A DNA stretch of 64,000 bases from Candidatus Pacearchaeota archaeon (GCA_023133415.1 JAGLWM010000002.1:24081-88080), one strand, 5' to 3'. Counted from the stretch's first letter, positions 48,931-59,650 are shown. Notes: a model not told the origin generated them from the sequence alone. Program-made: numbers and translations.

Positions 48931-51900
48931 TTGAAGATGGTGGTGAAATTTGGGAGATTTTCTTTGCTGGGAATTTTTTTGGTCGTCGGTGTTTTGATGG
49001 GGTTGGGGCTTGTTTCTGCGTGGGTTGATTGTATGAGTTTTGAGGAGATGAATGGGGGGACGGCTGATTCTTGTTATGCTGCTGAAGGTTGCGTTGTAAC
49101 TTCTGATGATGGAACTGTTTTTGGTTTTAATTCTAGTAATGTTGTTGTGGATCCTTTTTGTAGTTCTGATTATTCTAATTATTGTTGTTTGCCAAAGATG
49201 TGTTGGCAATGGGATGCGACTGATCAATCAACTTGTGAAACAAATGATAATACTTTGAATTGTACTTGGAATGGTTTTTCCGAAACATTCTATTTAATGA
49301 ATGGTTCTGAATATACTGTTAATGGAACTTGTCATGGGAATTGGGACGCTATGGGGGATGATAGTTGGGGAGGTGTTAGTGATGGTTGTTGGCAAAATGA
49401 TGGGAATAAGCAAGTATGTATGAATAGTGAGAATCAGCAGAAATGTTCTTGGAAGGAAAATGATCAGAATCAAAATCCTTGGTGTGGGGTAAAGACTTTG
49501 GGTGATGCTTTGATGAAGAATTCTGGGGCTACTAGTATTGATATAGGATGTTGTGAGCAGAAGGGTTGTTGGAGTTATGATGGTAATGAATCTCAGTGTA
49601 TGAGTGATGGAACTTTTTCAGGACTTTGTACTTATGTGAATAAAACTGATGATCCTTGGTGTCCTAATCCGGAGGGTTGCTGTTATGCTAAGTCGTGTTA
49701 TGAGATCGGTGATAATGAGACGCTTTGTAATAGCTTGAAAATGGATATGATGATGCCCTGTGTTTTTAATGAGAGTAATTCTGGTATCTGTGAGGATATG
49801 GGTGGTGGTGGATTTATGTTTTTTGAGGATAGTGATTCGTGTTTTAATCAGGGTGGGTGGTATAATTCTACAGGTGATTGTGTGATGCCTAGTGGTGATT
49901 TCGGTGCTGGTGCTGGTGGTTTTATGTTTGGTGGAGGAGCTCACTGTTGGTTTGCGGATAATCAGCCATTGGTTTGTGGGAATATAACTGGTTGTGCTTA
50001 TTGTGTTGAAGGTGATGGTCCGAATGGAGTAGATAATTCTTCTAATAATATTTGTAGTGGTGTTCAGGTTGGATGGTGTGAAGGACACGTGGCTGGAGAT
50101 ATAACTTATGATAATGCAGATAATAGTGATGATTTGGCTTGTTCACATATACAAATTAAGTCTGCTTGTAATTACGGGCCTTTGCCTAATTGTGTTTGGA
50201 ATTCTTCCGCGAATTTGACCGGTGCTTTTTGTGCACCTGGAGCGAGTTCTGTGGTAAAGTCTGCGCCTCCTGTTGGTTTTTGTGAGCATCCGGATTCTAA
50301 GAATAATTATACTTTATGTACGCAGTTGATTGAGGAGTTTATGATGCCGTGTGTCTGGGATAATAGTTCTACGATTGTGAAGAATTGTACATTTAATCCC
50401 GGGGCGGTGTTTGGTTCGGGAGGGGAAACTGATTTGGGGATGGTTGGTAGTGATACGGCTTGTACTGCTGCTGGAGGGACTTGGCAGACAGAGTATTATC
50501 TTGAGGACGATATTTTGAAACAGGATTCGTGGTGTGAGATGACTGGATTTTTTAGTGTTGATAATGGTGCTGGCGAGGGCAATAAAGGGAATTGTGATAC
50601 TTCGTGTTGGGCTTGTGAGTTTAAGTATGATGGCAGTGATTGGGAAAATGGGACAGTTGCGCAGAGTGCTTGTGTCGGTTCGGCTTTAGGATATTGCGCT
50701 TGGACAAATGATAGTAATTCATTTAACGGAAAGGGATGGTGTGATTATCCTACCGAGATGGAGAGTGGCGGGGCTAAAGATTGTAATTTTGAGTGTGAAG
50801 GGTGTAATTTTATGAATAATCCTGAGAGTGCTTGCTTAGGTAGTGTTGTTGATTGTAAGTGGGTTGATGATGACCAGTCAGCTATTAATGGTTCTTGTGT
50901 TGATACATCAAAGAAGGTTTGCGATAGTGATTGTTTCTCATGTTATGATTCTGATAATTGCTATAATAGTAATGTTAGTTGTTCGTGGGATAATGATTTC
51001 GCATTATGTAAGCCGATGGGATATGAGGGGGAGGTTTGTTTTAATGGGGTAGATGATGATGGAGATGGGATGGTTGATTGCGGAGATCCTGATTGTGGTT
51101 TTGATAATTTCTGTGGGGGTTCGGTATTTGGGGGAGATTGTTTTGCCCAGATTAATGAGGGAGATTGTAACACAACATTTGCATTTGAATTAGGAGGGGA
51201 TGATTTGAATTGCACTTGGGTGACTAATGATTGGGATAGTGAGGGACATTGTGATATGCCCGGTTCTAATTGTTGGCAGTATGATAGTGATTTGGTTGCT
51301 TGCGGGGCTATTCCTGGATGTACGAATGATTCTAGTAATATGATGATGGGCGGAAATTCTATGTGTGATATTAATATGACTAAAGTGGATGCATCTAATT
51401 GTTGGGGTAATAATAATGAGAGTGTTTGTTCTGGAGATTGTCAGTGGGTTAATGATAGTTGGTGTGAGACAGAGGAAGCAGCTGGAAATGAGTGGTGTAA
51501 TAGTACTGGTGGATGGTGTGATTTTAAACCGTTTGCGACTTGTATGAGTTTGAATTCAACTAGTTGTGGAGCTAATTCTAATTGCACTTGGCATAATGAT
51601 GGTTTTTCTATGACAGCTGGAGAGGAGGATGGCTGGTGCGATGTGGCTTGTTTTAATCCGGATTGGCTGGTTGATGAGTGTGAAAATGTTAGTTTAGGAG
51701 GGCTTTGTGAATATAGAAATATGAGTGAGACTTGTCAGCCGGAGATCTTTATGATGATGGGAATGGGGGGTGGAGGGAAATCCGGATGTTGGCAATATGA
51801 TGGGAACGAAACAGGGTGTGGATTGAATAGTTTTAATTGCCAGTATAAAAATGATAGTTATGCTAATAATAATAAATCTGTTACGGAGCCTGCGGGATGG

Positions 51901-53643
51901 TGTATGGATAAAGCAGAGTTTGAGCATTTTGGAGATATGAAAGGGGATGTTATTGAGTTAGCTATGGATGCTGGGAATAGTTTTGGACAGAATGGTCCAG
52001 AGAATGAATCTGGTGTTAGTGGGGAGGTCGATTTGATTGGAATGGGAATGAGGGTGACTGATAATGGGTTTAATTTTGGTGCTGGGGTTTATAATATTAG
52101 TAGTGCTTTAGTGTGTAATGGATATATGGTTGGAGCTGGAATGAGCTTTGATGGGAGTGTAAATGAGGGGGATTTGGGTGAAGGGGATGCTACGACGAAG
52201 TTTTATTGGTATTTGGATACAAATGGTAATGAGTCTGATGGGTGTATTGCTTATGGCGGAAGTAATAGTAGTGGTTATGAATTTATGATTAGTTATATTT
52301 CAAGTAATGAAACTGGGAGTATTGTGGAGACCAAGAAGCTTATGAAATGTGGTGATGATGGATGGGTGTCTACTAATGTAATGATTACTACAAGTAAACA
52401 GATGAGTTGCGGAGAGATTGGTGGCGTGATGGTTGCTGTAGAGAAACAGGGTTTAGAATCGTTTGCGGAGTATGATAAGACTGCGAATATGAGAATTTTT
52501 ATGGCAAGTTCTAATGGTAGTGATTCTAGAACGGATCCTTCAGATTATATTGGTCCGGGATATTATACTCCGGGTATGATTGATTTTGGTTTTGTGGATT
52601 GTTCTAATCCTAATACTAAAGATCCGAAGTGTAAGAATATGCAGAAGTTTGGGTTTAATGTTTTTGAGGAGTGTATGAACGGCGTTGATGATGATGAGAA
52701 TGGTTTGGTTGATTGTTATGATCCCATGTGTTTGTTTACACCTAAGTGTGCGGAACTTTTAGGATTGGATGCATTCGCATTCGCGATAGTAGATGGTGAT
52801 AAGACCGCTCCGACGGTGATGTTTAGTGAAGTTGATGTTTTGTCAGATGCGGCGTTTATGAAGATTGATACCAATGAACCGTCTAGCTTAAATGTAACCT
52901 TTTACCATAATGATTCTACCTGTAGCGTTGAAGACACTGTTTTGAGTGATGTGGGAGATGATGCGTATCAGGCTTATGCAAAGTTTAAACCGTTCCATTC
53001 TGTTGATTTGATGGATGATAATTTAAACAATTCTTTAGAAAATGGAACTACTTATTATTATAAAATTAAGGTTTGTGACCCTTCGGATAATTGTGCGGTT
53101 TCTGCTTGTTCTAATTTTACGACGGAATCTAGTGATGTAGCCAAACAATTTATTTTTAAGCTTGATTTGCCTGATGGGTATACTGTTGATATTCCTGCTC
53201 TGAATGAGACGAGCTATAATTTTACTAAGGAGTTCGGAGGGGTGGTTTATGATGTGGGTATTAAGACGAATACTTCGGTCACTAAGAATATGAATTTTAC
53301 TGTGCACAGTAATTGTGGTAGTGGTATGAGTATTGGGTTTTATGGTGTGAATATTTTTGAACCTACAAAAATTGATTTGTCTAACGCGTTTATTTGTGAT
53401 GAGGATACGAATATGATGGGAATGAATTCAAGTCTTAAAAAATGGGATACCTTAATTGACGAGATGCATCTTGGAGGGGCTAGTGATTATATCCAGATAG
53501 AGATGCCAGTTGCATATAATTCCGCTAATACTTTTAATTTTGTGGATGATGGTGGGCTTAATCCTCAGGATGTTGATGATTATGTAAATTGTTCGGGGAC
53601 GACTACAACGGTTTGTAAGGTTCCTGTGTCATTGGGATTTTAA
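48931..53643 (+). CDS. Giant (1570 aa) secreted cysteine-rich repeat protein
   Basis: Signal/TM N-terminus. Recurring CWQ(Y/N)DGNE motifs. Two NGVDDDGDGxVDCxDPxC motifs resembling MopE-like metal-binding repeats. Confidence 0.6.
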   Translation: MKMVVKFGRFSLLGIFLVVGVLMGLGLVSAWVDCMSFEEMNGGTADSCYAAEGCVVTSDDGTVFGFNSSNVVVDPFCSSDYSNYCCLPKMCWQWDATDQSTCETNDNTLNCTWNGFSETFYLMNGSEYTVNGTCHGNWDAMGDDSWGGVSDGCWQNDGNKQVCMNSENQQKCSWKENDQNQNPWCGVKTLGDALMKNSGATSIDIGCCEQKGCWSYDGNESQCMSDGTFSGLCTYVNKTDDPWCPNPEGCCYAKSCYEIGDNETLCNSLKMDMMMPCVFNESNSGICEDMGGGGFMFFEDSDSCFNQGGWYNSTGDCVMPSGDFGAGAGGFMFGGGAHCWFADNQPLVCGNITGCAYCVEGDGPNGVDNSSNNICSGVQVGWCEGHVAGDITYDNADNSDDLACSHIQIKSACNYGPLPNCVWNSSANLTGAFCAPGASSVVKSAPPVGFCEHPDSKNNYTLCTQLIEEFMMPCVWDNSSTIVKNCTFNPGAVFGSGGETDLGMVGSDTACTAAGGTWQTEYYLEDDILKQDSWCEMTGFFSVDNGAGEGNKGNCDTSCWACEFKYDGSDWENGTVAQSACVGSALGYCAWTNDSNSFNGKGWCDYPTEMESGGAKDCNFECEGCNFMNNPESACLGSVVDCKWVDDDQSAINGSCVDTSKKVCDSDCFSCYDSDNCYNSNVSCSWDNDFALCKPMGYEGEVCFNGVDDDGDGMVDCGDPDCGFDNFCGGSVFGGDCFAQINEGDCNTTFAFELGGDDLNCTWVTNDWDSEGHCDMPGSNCWQYDSDLVACGAIPGCTNDSSNMMMGGNSMCDINMTKVDASNCWGNNNESVCSGDCQWVNDSWCETEEAAGNEWCNSTGGWCDFKPFATCMSLNSTSCGANSNCTWHNDGFSMTAGEEDGWCDVACFNPDWLVDECENVSLGGLCEYRNMSETCQPEIFMMMGMGGGGKSGCWQYDGNETGCGLNSFNCQYKNDSYANNNKSVTEPAGWCMDKAEFEHFGDMKGDVIELAMDAGNSFGQNGPENESGVSGEVDLIGMGMRVTDNGFNFGAGVYNISSALVCNGYMVGAGMSFDGSVNEGDLGEGDATTKFYWYLDTNGNESDGCIAYGGSNSSGYEFMISYISSNETGSIVETKKLMKCGDDGWVSTNVMITTSKQMSCGEIGGVMVAVEKQGLESFAEYDKTANMRIFMASSNGSDSRTDPSDYIGPGYYTPGMIDFGFVDCSNPNTKDPKCKNMQKFGFNVFEECMNGVDDDENGLVDCYDPMCLFTPKCAELLGLDAFAFAIVDGDKTAPTVMFSEVDVLSDAAFMKIDTNEPSSLNVTFYHNDSTCSVEDTVLSDVGDDAYQAYAKFKPFHSVDLMDDNLNNSLENGTTYYYKIKVCDPSDNCAVSACSNFTTESSDVAKQFIFKLDLPDGYTVDIPALNETSYNFTKEFGGVVYDVGIKTNTSVTKNMNFTVHSNCGSGMSIGFYGVNIFEPTKIDLSNAFICDEDTNMMGMNSSLKKWDTLIDEMHLGGASDYIQIEMPVAYNSANTFNFVDDGGLNPQDVDDYVNCSGTTTTVCKVPVSLGF

Positions 53644-53644
53644 G

Positions 53645-54007
53645 ATGGAAATGAAAAAAATTGAGTGTTTTGTGGGAATATTTTTGGTTGGGTTTATAAT
53701 GTTTGGTTTAGTTTCTGGTGCAGGTTATAATATCGTTGTGCCTTCTGCTACACCTGATGGTAATGATGGTTCAGGCGGAAGTGGTGGGGGCGGTGCTACT
53801 ACTAATGTTACAGATAATGAAACAGTTTCTAGTGATGAAGCGAGTGAGGAAGGGAGTGCTGAAAAAGATGTTTCTGAGGGGGATGAATCAGTTGGTGAAG
53901 GGGTTATAGAGGATATTAAAGATGGTAGTTTGGGCGTATGGGTTTTGATTATCGCGGTTATTATAATTGTTGCTGGGGTTGTTTTTTGGAAGAAGCGGAT
54001 TAATTAG
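53645..54007 (+). CDS. Small acidic G/S-rich secreted protein with C-terminal TM anchor
   Basis: Signal peptide, GSGGSGGGG stretch, TM plus KKRIN tail. Confidence 0.5.
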   Translation: MEMKKIECFVGIFLVGFIMFGLVSGAGYNIVVPSATPDGNDGSGGSGGGGATTNVTDNETVSSDEASEEGSAEKDVSEGDESVGEGVIEDIKDGSLGVWVLIIAVIIIVAGVVFWKKRIN

Positions 54008-54155
54008 TGGTAGTAGTTAGTTGTTCTATAAAAAATAATGATGAGCCAAATTAGAATTAGATTTAAGAAAAATGGTTTTAGTTTTTGATTTTATTTGGAA
54101 AGATTTTTTAGAAAGGTTATAACTATACAAATTTTTAAAAAGGGACATTTCGTTT

Positions 54156-55634
54156 TTGTGTATGGTAGATGTTTTGGAAAAAGCTGGCGAGGAAGGATTG
54201 GCTTTGACTTTTGATGATGTTCTTTTGGTTCCTGCGTATAGCGACGTTGTTCCGGCGAATGTTGACCTGAATACGAATCTTACTTCTGATATTTCTTTGA
54301 AGATTCCGTTGATTAGTGCGGATATGGATACCGTTAGTGGTGCGGATATGGCGAGGGCTATGGCACTTCAGGGAGGGATTGGTTTTCTTTGGAAGTCAAG
54401 TCTGGAGGAGCAGGTTTTTGCTGTTGAGGATGTTAAGAATACTTTAAATAGGAAAATTGATAAGCCGATTAGTGTCGGGTCTAATAAGACCAAGAGGGAT
54501 GTTCTTAAGATTTTGGAGCGTTATCAGAATCGATTTTCTTCGTTGGTTGTTGTTGATGAAGATAGGCGTGTGGTTGGGTTGGTTACGGGGGATAAGACGC
54601 GGTTTGCTAAGGATGAGAGTTTGGTTAGGGATTTTATGGTAGAGGACGTGATTGTTTCTGGTGAGGATACGAGTGTTTTGGGGGCTTATAATTTAATGAA
54701 GAAATCTATGGTTCCGAAATTGATTTTGACGGATTCGGAAGGGAGATTAGCTGGGATGTATTGTTTTGGAGATGTGAAGAGTATTATTGAAGGGGATAGA
54801 AATTTGTATAATGTGGACGCGCGGGGGCAGTTGAGGGTTGGTGCGAATATTGGTGTTAATGATTTGGAGCGGGCGGAGAGGTTGTTGAGGAAGGGTTGTG
54901 ATGTGTTGTTGATTGGGACAGCGCATGGGTATTCAAAGAATGTGATTGAAACAGTGAAGGCTGTTAGGGATAATTTTAAGGGGAAATATGATTTTGGTTT
55001 GGTTGCTGGGAATGTTGCAACCTATGAAGGGGCGAGGGCTTTGTTTGAGGCTGGTGCTGATGCTGTGAAGGTTGGGATTGGTCCGGGTTCGATTTGCACA
55101 ACGAGGGTTGTTGCTGGGGCGGGTGTTCCTCAGATGACGGCGATTTACGAAGTGGTTAGGGCTGCAAAAGAATTTGGGAGATATGTTATTGCTGATGGTG
55201 GGATTAGGTATAGTGGAGATATTGTTAAGGCTATGGGTGCTGGGGCTTCGTGTGTTATGATGGGGAGTGTTTTTGCTGGCGCGGAGGAAGCTCCTGGTGA
55301 GTCAATGAAGGTGGGCGGTCAGAAGTTTAAGAGTTATCGGGGGATGGGTTCGCAGGGGGCAATGAAAGATAATTTGAGTTCTTTAGAAAGATATTCTCAG
55401 AAGACCGGGAAAATGGTTCCTGAAGGTGTTGAAGGGATGGTGCCGTATAAAGGGAAGGTTTGTGAGATTATTTTTCAGTATCTTGGTGGGCTTAGATCGG
55501 GGATGGGGTATGTTGGTGCGAAGAATATTTTGGAGTTACAGAAAGCGAAATTTAATCGAGTTACGAATGCGGGGCAAGTTGAAGCTAGGCCGCATGATGT
55601 GGAGATAATCAAAAAATCTTCCAACTATAAATAA
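54156..55634 (+). CDS. guaB: IMP dehydrogenase with CBS pair
   Basis: [11 protein letters not shown] active-site loop, [11 protein letters not shown] insert. Confidence 0.9.
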   Translation: MCMVDVLEKAGEEGLALTFDDVLLVPAYSDVVPANVDLNTNLTSDISLKIPLISADMDTVSGADMARAMALQGGIGFLWKSSLEEQVFAVEDVKNTLNRKIDKPISVGSNKTKRDVLKILERYQNRFSSLVVVDEDRRVVGLVTGDKTRFAKDESLVRDFMVEDVIVSGEDTSVLGAYNLMKKSMVPKLILTDSEGRLAGMYCFGDVKSIIEGDRNLYNVDARGQLRVGANIGVNDLERAERLLRKGCDVLLIGTAHGYSKNVIETVKAVRDNFKGKYDFGLVAGNVATYEGARALFEAGADAVKVGIGPGSICTTRVVAGAGVPQMTAIYEVVRAAKEFGRYVIADGGIRYSGDIVKAMGAGASCVMMGSVFAGAEEAPGESMKVGGQKFKSYRGMGSQGAMKDNLSSLERYSQKTGKMVPEGVEGMVPYKGKVCEIIFQYLGGLRSGMGYVGAKNILELQKAKFNRVTNAGQVEARPHDVEIIKKSSNYK

Positions 55635-55688
55635 ATTAAAATTGTTGATTGAGTGAATGTTTATTAAGTTTAAATTTTTTATTGAGTT

Positions 55689-56342
55689 ATGGAATCAAAT
55701 AAGAAGTCCTCGGAATTTAATTTTTATGAGGCGGCATTGGTTAAGCGGACTGAGTTGTTTAAGGATTGTACTAATATTGTTGTGGGTGGTGGGGATTTGA
55801 ACGCGGATATTTTATTTGTTGGGGAGGCGCCGGGGCGGAACGAGGATTTGACTGGTGTTCCTTTCTGTGGGGCGGCTGGTAAGAATTTAGACAAGTTGTT
55901 GGATAGTGTGGGATTGAAGAGGAGCGATATTTATATTGCGAATATTTTGAAATGCCGACCGCCGTTGAATCGGGATCCGTTGCCTGAGGAGATTAGAGCA
56001 CATACTCCGTGGTTATTGAAGCAGATTAAAGATATGAAGCCAAAGGTGGTTTGTTCGCTTGGGAATTATGCGACGAAGTTTTTTTTGGCGTTAGGCGATG
56101 TTGAGAATATGAATGGTCAGCCGGGGATTACACAGGTTCATGGGCAAGTTCGGGAAATTGAGATTCGGTATTCGGGATTGGGTATTCGGGATTCGGAGGG
56201 GCAGGGGGCAGGGGCGGTTTTGAAGTTTAAACTAATTCCGCTATTTCATCCTGCGGCGATTATTTATAATAGAACGAAGTTGACTCCGTTGTGGGAAACG
56301 GATATGGAAATAGTTAAGAGAGAGACGAGAGTTAGGGATTAG
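55689..56342 (+). CDS. udg: Family 4 uracil-DNA glycosylase
   Basis: GEAPGRNEDLTGVPFCGAAGKNLD and HPAA motifs. Confidence 0.8.
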   Translation: MESNKKSSEFNFYEAALVKRTELFKDCTNIVVGGGDLNADILFVGEAPGRNEDLTGVPFCGAAGKNLDKLLDSVGLKRSDIYIANILKCRPPLNRDPLPEEIRAHTPWLLKQIKDMKPKVVCSLGNYATKFFLALGDVENMNGQPGITQVHGQVREIEIRYSGLGIRDSEGQGAGAVLKFKLIPLFHPAAIIYNRTKLTPLWETDMEIVKRETRVRD

Positions 56343-56480
56343 GTATTAGGCCGCTCAGCATATTCCTAATATTTGGCAGTTCTGCATACCCGTTGGATTG
56401 GGCACTAGAATCTGCAAGTAGGCATCCCAAATTGCTTGGCAGTTCTGCACACCCTAAATTGCGAAGTCTTGGGGCGAATT
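56343..56480. repeat. Two tandem module-B cores
   Basis: GGCAGTTCTGCA(T/C)ACCC...TTGG(G)GCGA twice. Confidence 0.8.
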
Positions 56481-56617
56481 TTAGGGTAGGATTTGGGATT
56501 TGGTATTTGGAAGGGAACGGGGTATCGGGATATTTTTTCTTTTGTCAAATAAAAGAAATGCTCACATATTTTTTAAAGAAAAGGAAGTAAAAAATATGCA
56601 ATTTCCAGAAGTTTTTA

Positions 56618-56911
56618 TTAAATAACTTCTTCAACTTTCTTTCCTGATTCTTCCTTAAACTTAATTCCTTTTTCTTTTAAGGCAGATTTCATATTCTCGC
56701 CAAATTTTCCTGCAATTGCGAAATTAACTTTTTTATCAGCTAACATATATGCTACAGAAAAACCAGCTCCGCCGCCTCCTGTTGCGAAAGGGTTCTTCAC
56801 TGATTCTATTAACTTTTTATCTTGAAAAATAAGATAATAAGGTGCTCTTCCGCCTCTTTGACTTATTTCTGAAGTTTTATTTTTTCCTTCTGATGCTACA
56901 GCTATTTTCAT
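56618..56911 (-). CDS. NifX/NafY-like dinitrogenase FeMo-cofactor-binding domain protein
   Basis: KIAVASEG...GGGGAG...AIAGKFGENM pattern. Confidence 0.6.
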   Translation of the reverse strand: MKIAVASEGKNKTSEISQRGGRAPYYLIFQDKKLIESVKNPFATGGGGAGFSVAYMLADKKVNFAIAGKFGENMKSALKEKGIKFKEESGKKVEEVI

Positions 56912-57420
56912 TTTTTAACCTCCATTAATTTATTTATTAATATTCCTTGGATAATAGATGCGATTATCATAACAAAAGATAAAATCAAAATGTATTTCCA
57001 TCCAAAATAGAAAATAGCAATTGGCAATAAAGGAATTTTAATTGCTCTATTGTATAAAAAACAAGCAATGAGTCCGTAACTTAAACCTTTATTTTTTAAA
57101 TCTGCCAGAAGCGGATACCACATATAGATTGGTCCTGTGGACAATATGCCTCCAATAATAGTAAAAAACCATTTTTTAATTCCTTTTTCTCTAAGATGTT
57201 TCATTACAAATTTTGGAGTTATAAAATAGTTACTTAAACTCATTAAAACGAAAACAAGAATAAATATGGGAATTATTTTCAGAAGAATATTATAAAAAAA
57301 GTTCATGCTTGAAGAAAATAAATCTTTCCTAAAGATAAATAACAAAAGATAAATTAATAATATAGTTATTAGAAAGTACCAAGATCCCGAAATCTGTTTT
57401 AATTTATTTTTTATATCCAT
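56908..57420 (-). CDS. Predicted permease subunit (possibly split DUF318-like)
   Basis: Polytopic. Overlaps neighbours by 4 nt. Confidence 0.3.
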   Translation of the reverse strand: MDIKNKLKQISGSWYFLITILLIYLLLFIFRKDLFSSSMNFFYNILLKIIPIFILVFVLMSLSNYFITPKFVMKHLREKGIKKWFFTIIGGILSTGPIYMWYPLLADLKNKGLSYGLIACFLYNRAIKIPLLPIAIFYFGWKYILILSFVMIIASIIQGILINKLMEVKK

Positions 57421-57421
57421 A

Positions 57422-57832
57422 TTAAAATATCTCCAAAATTAGTATTGTAATTATAGCCACGACAATAGCTAAAATAAATGCTGTGATGTTTCTTAACAAA
57501 GCAAATTTTTTTCCTAAGATTGTTGATTCTGCTGGCAGTTGTATTAATCCAACTGTTACCCATGCAACTAAAAAAGCAGTAACAGCCAACAGGCTAATGC
57601 CTTGAGTTAAAAGTTCGCCTCCAAAAATATAACTTGTTATGGGATTTCCTGCGGATATACTGCCAACTAAACTTCCAATGATAGAATCTGAAAATATGTT
57701 TTTAGTGAATACGGTTGTGTAAAATGATTTTGGGATTAAAATGGAAATTAAACTTATAAGTAAAATGGTTCCAAATATCATAGGAAATGCTTTCCATAAT
57801 CCTTTCCCGGCCTTTATTATGGCTTTCTTCAT
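57422..57832 (-). CDS. Predicted permease subunit
   Basis: Polytopic. Operon context. Confidence 0.3.
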   Translation of the reverse strand: MKKAIIKAGKGLWKAFPMIFGTILLISLISILIPKSFYTTVFTKNIFSDSIIGSLVGSISAGNPITSYIFGGELLTQGISLLAVTAFLVAWVTVGLIQLPAESTILGKKFALLRNITAFILAIVVAIITILILEIF

Positions 57833-57833
57833 A

Positions 57834-58172
57834 TCAATGATTGCAGTTCGAATTTAATTTTTTGAGATTATTTATGTTTTCAATAACTCCTTTCACGGTT
57901 TCGTAATTGCCTGTTCTAAGCTTCACTCCTTTTTTGTTAAATAATACTATTGCTCTTTGTCCTATACCTAATGAGAATACAATATCGGGTCTAAATTCCA
58001 TAATTTGGTCAACAGGAGTTATATCAAGGTTTGAGTGTTCCAGTTTATTCTTTATTATTGTAATTTCTTTTGTGCCTGTTTCATAAATCGCGAAATGAGA
58101 ACAATGACCAAAATGTTCACTGAGTTTGGAATTAAGTCCTTTGTTTTCATCTATTGCTATTAATAATTTCAT
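57834..58172 (-). CDS. NifX/NafY-like FeMo-cofactor-binding domain protein
   Basis: KLLIAID...HFGHCSHFAIYE...GIGQRA pattern. Confidence 0.55.
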   Translation of the reverse strand: MKLLIAIDENKGLNSKLSEHFGHCSHFAIYETGTKEITIIKNKLEHSNLDITPVDQIMEFRPDIVFSLGIGQRAIVLFNKKGVKLRTGNYETVKGVIENINNLKKLNSNCNH

Positions 58173-58314
58173 TTCTTCTTTTAGAGCACTTGGTTTTAGT
58201 TATGAATACATAGTCATTATATTATTTAAATATTTCGTCCTGCATAAATGTTTGCCTGAAGGATTGCATTCTTCTTTTAAAAATAATTGAGTTTAATATG
58301 AGATTATTGATTAA

Positions 58315-58530
58315 TTATCTTCTTCTAAGAGGGGCTGATCGAGGAGGTGCGTCACGGATTTGAGTGAATTTATAGTGAACCGATTTTGTTTTCAAATTGC
58401 ACTTTTTACACTCGTCTTGCATAGTATATATTTTGCATTTTGGGCATTTTTTGAGTTTTGTACCGCTCAGTGTACCCCTAATCTTTTGGCAGTTCTGCAC
58501 ACTCCAAATTGTGGAATTTTGGGGCGTCAT
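58315..58530 (-). CDS. nop10: H/ACA RNP subunit Nop10 with repeat-derived N-terminal extension
   Basis: LKKCPKCKIYTMQDECKKCNLKT matches the Nop10 zinc ribbon. First 23 codons come from module-B sequence. Start overlaps the aIF2alpha stop (ATGA). Confidence 0.7.
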   Translation of the reverse strand: MTPQNSTIWSVQNCQKIRGTLSGTKLKKCPKCKIYTMQDECKKCNLKTKSVHYKFTQIRDAPPRSAPLRRR

Positions 58531-59231
58531 TTTTCTTCAGTTGCAAAAAATTCGCAGTTGTTTTCTTTTGCTCGTTTTTCTAGTTTTTCTAGAATTTTTG
58601 TCATTTCTTTTTTGCCTTGTTTGAAATCTTCTACTGTTAGTTTTAGGGAGAGTTTTCCTGCCGAGATATAGGTTACTTTTAGATTGTCGTTTTTTAGGTC
58701 GAAGATTTTTTTTATTCGTGTTATTCCATCATTTTCTAGGCATTTGATTTTTATATTTTGGCGAAGCTGTTCTTTCTTTCGTTTTTTGTTGATGATTTTT
58801 TTGATTGCTTCTTGATTTTCTTTTGGAATGTATTTTTGAAGTAGTTCGGGGTTTATTTTTGTTGCTCTTGTAAACTCGGATAGGTCTTTAAAGTCGTTTA
58901 GTATTTTTTCTTTAATTTCTTTTTCTTTTTCTTTTAGGATTTGTTTGAATGCGACGTTGATTGCTTGTGATTGTTTGAATTTTTGCATTACCTCTTTTTT
59001 TTCTTTTAAGGTTACTCTTCTTAGGGATAGATGGGCATGGTCGCCTTCGATTCTTAGGATTTTGCAGACGATTTGTTTGTTTGGGACGACATATTGTCGC
59101 ATGAGTTTGATTCGGCCGGCGGCGATTTCGGAAGAAATTATTGTTCCTTCGTGGCCGTTTGGCATTTCTACGAATGTGATTGTGTTTGTCACTTTCTTGA
59201 CCTTACAGGGTATTAAGTCTCCCTCTTTCAT
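58527..59231 (-). CDS. eif2a: Translation initiation factor 2 alpha subunit (aIF-2alpha)
   Basis: S1 domain, HLSLRRV signature. Module-A repeat directly upstream. Confidence 0.8.
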   Translation of the reverse strand: MKEGDLIPCKVKKVTNTITFVEMPNGHEGTIISSEIAAGRIKLMRQYVVPNKQIVCKILRIEGDHAHLSLRRVTLKEKKEVMQKFKQSQAINVAFKQILKEKEKEIKEKILNDFKDLSEFTRATKINPELLQKYIPKENQEAIKKIINKKRKKEQLRQNIKIKCLENDGITRIKKIFDLKNDNLKVTYISAGKLSLKLTVEDFKQGKKEMTKILEKLEKRAKENNCEFFATEEK

Positions 59232-59309
59232 TGATTTCTTTCTTTTTTAGAAAAAAAGAAATTTCTCGCAAGTAGAAAAAACTTCTTTTCCAAAACTGTG
59301 TTTTGATTT
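59232..59309. repeat. Module-A repeat
   Basis: Identical to the 4217-4292 copy. Confidence 0.8.
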
Positions 59310-59388
59310 AGTTCCATTGTTGTTTTTAGGAAATTTGTTTATTTAAATTTTTCACCCTCGCATACAATTAAGTTATGCTGGGATAGAT

Positions 59389-59559
59389 TCACAAGACTTC
59401 TTCGACTTTGGCTCGGATTTTTGCTTTGCCTGCAGATGGTAGAGCCAGGATTGCATTGCAACCTAGGCATCGAACTTTTGTAGAGGCCTTTCCGAAGATG
59501 GTTTGAGTCTCTTTGCATTTTGAGCATTTTACTCTTATGAATTTTCCGTTTTGTTTCAT
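59389..59559 (-). CDS. rps27e: Ribosomal protein S27e
   Basis: Not in the ORF track (56 aa). MKQNGKFIRVKCSKCKETQTIFGKASTKVRCLGCNAILALPSAGKAKI with C4 zinc finger. Track ORF 59339..59527 is the wrong frame. Confidence 0.75.
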   Translation of the reverse strand: MKQNGKFIRVKCSKCKETQTIFGKASTKVRCLGCNAILALPSAGKAKIRAKVEEVL

Positions 59560-59650
59560 GGGTTTTGATGACGATTTTGGTTTTTAAGGTTTGGGGTTTC
59601 TTAGGCTTTGTGTATAAAGTCTGAATAAGGACTTACTTTTTACACAGGAA

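Noticed and set aside
59339-59527. 62-aa minus-strand ORF from the track
   Set aside because: Wrong frame. The overlapping frame encodes a convincing S27e zinc-finger protein.
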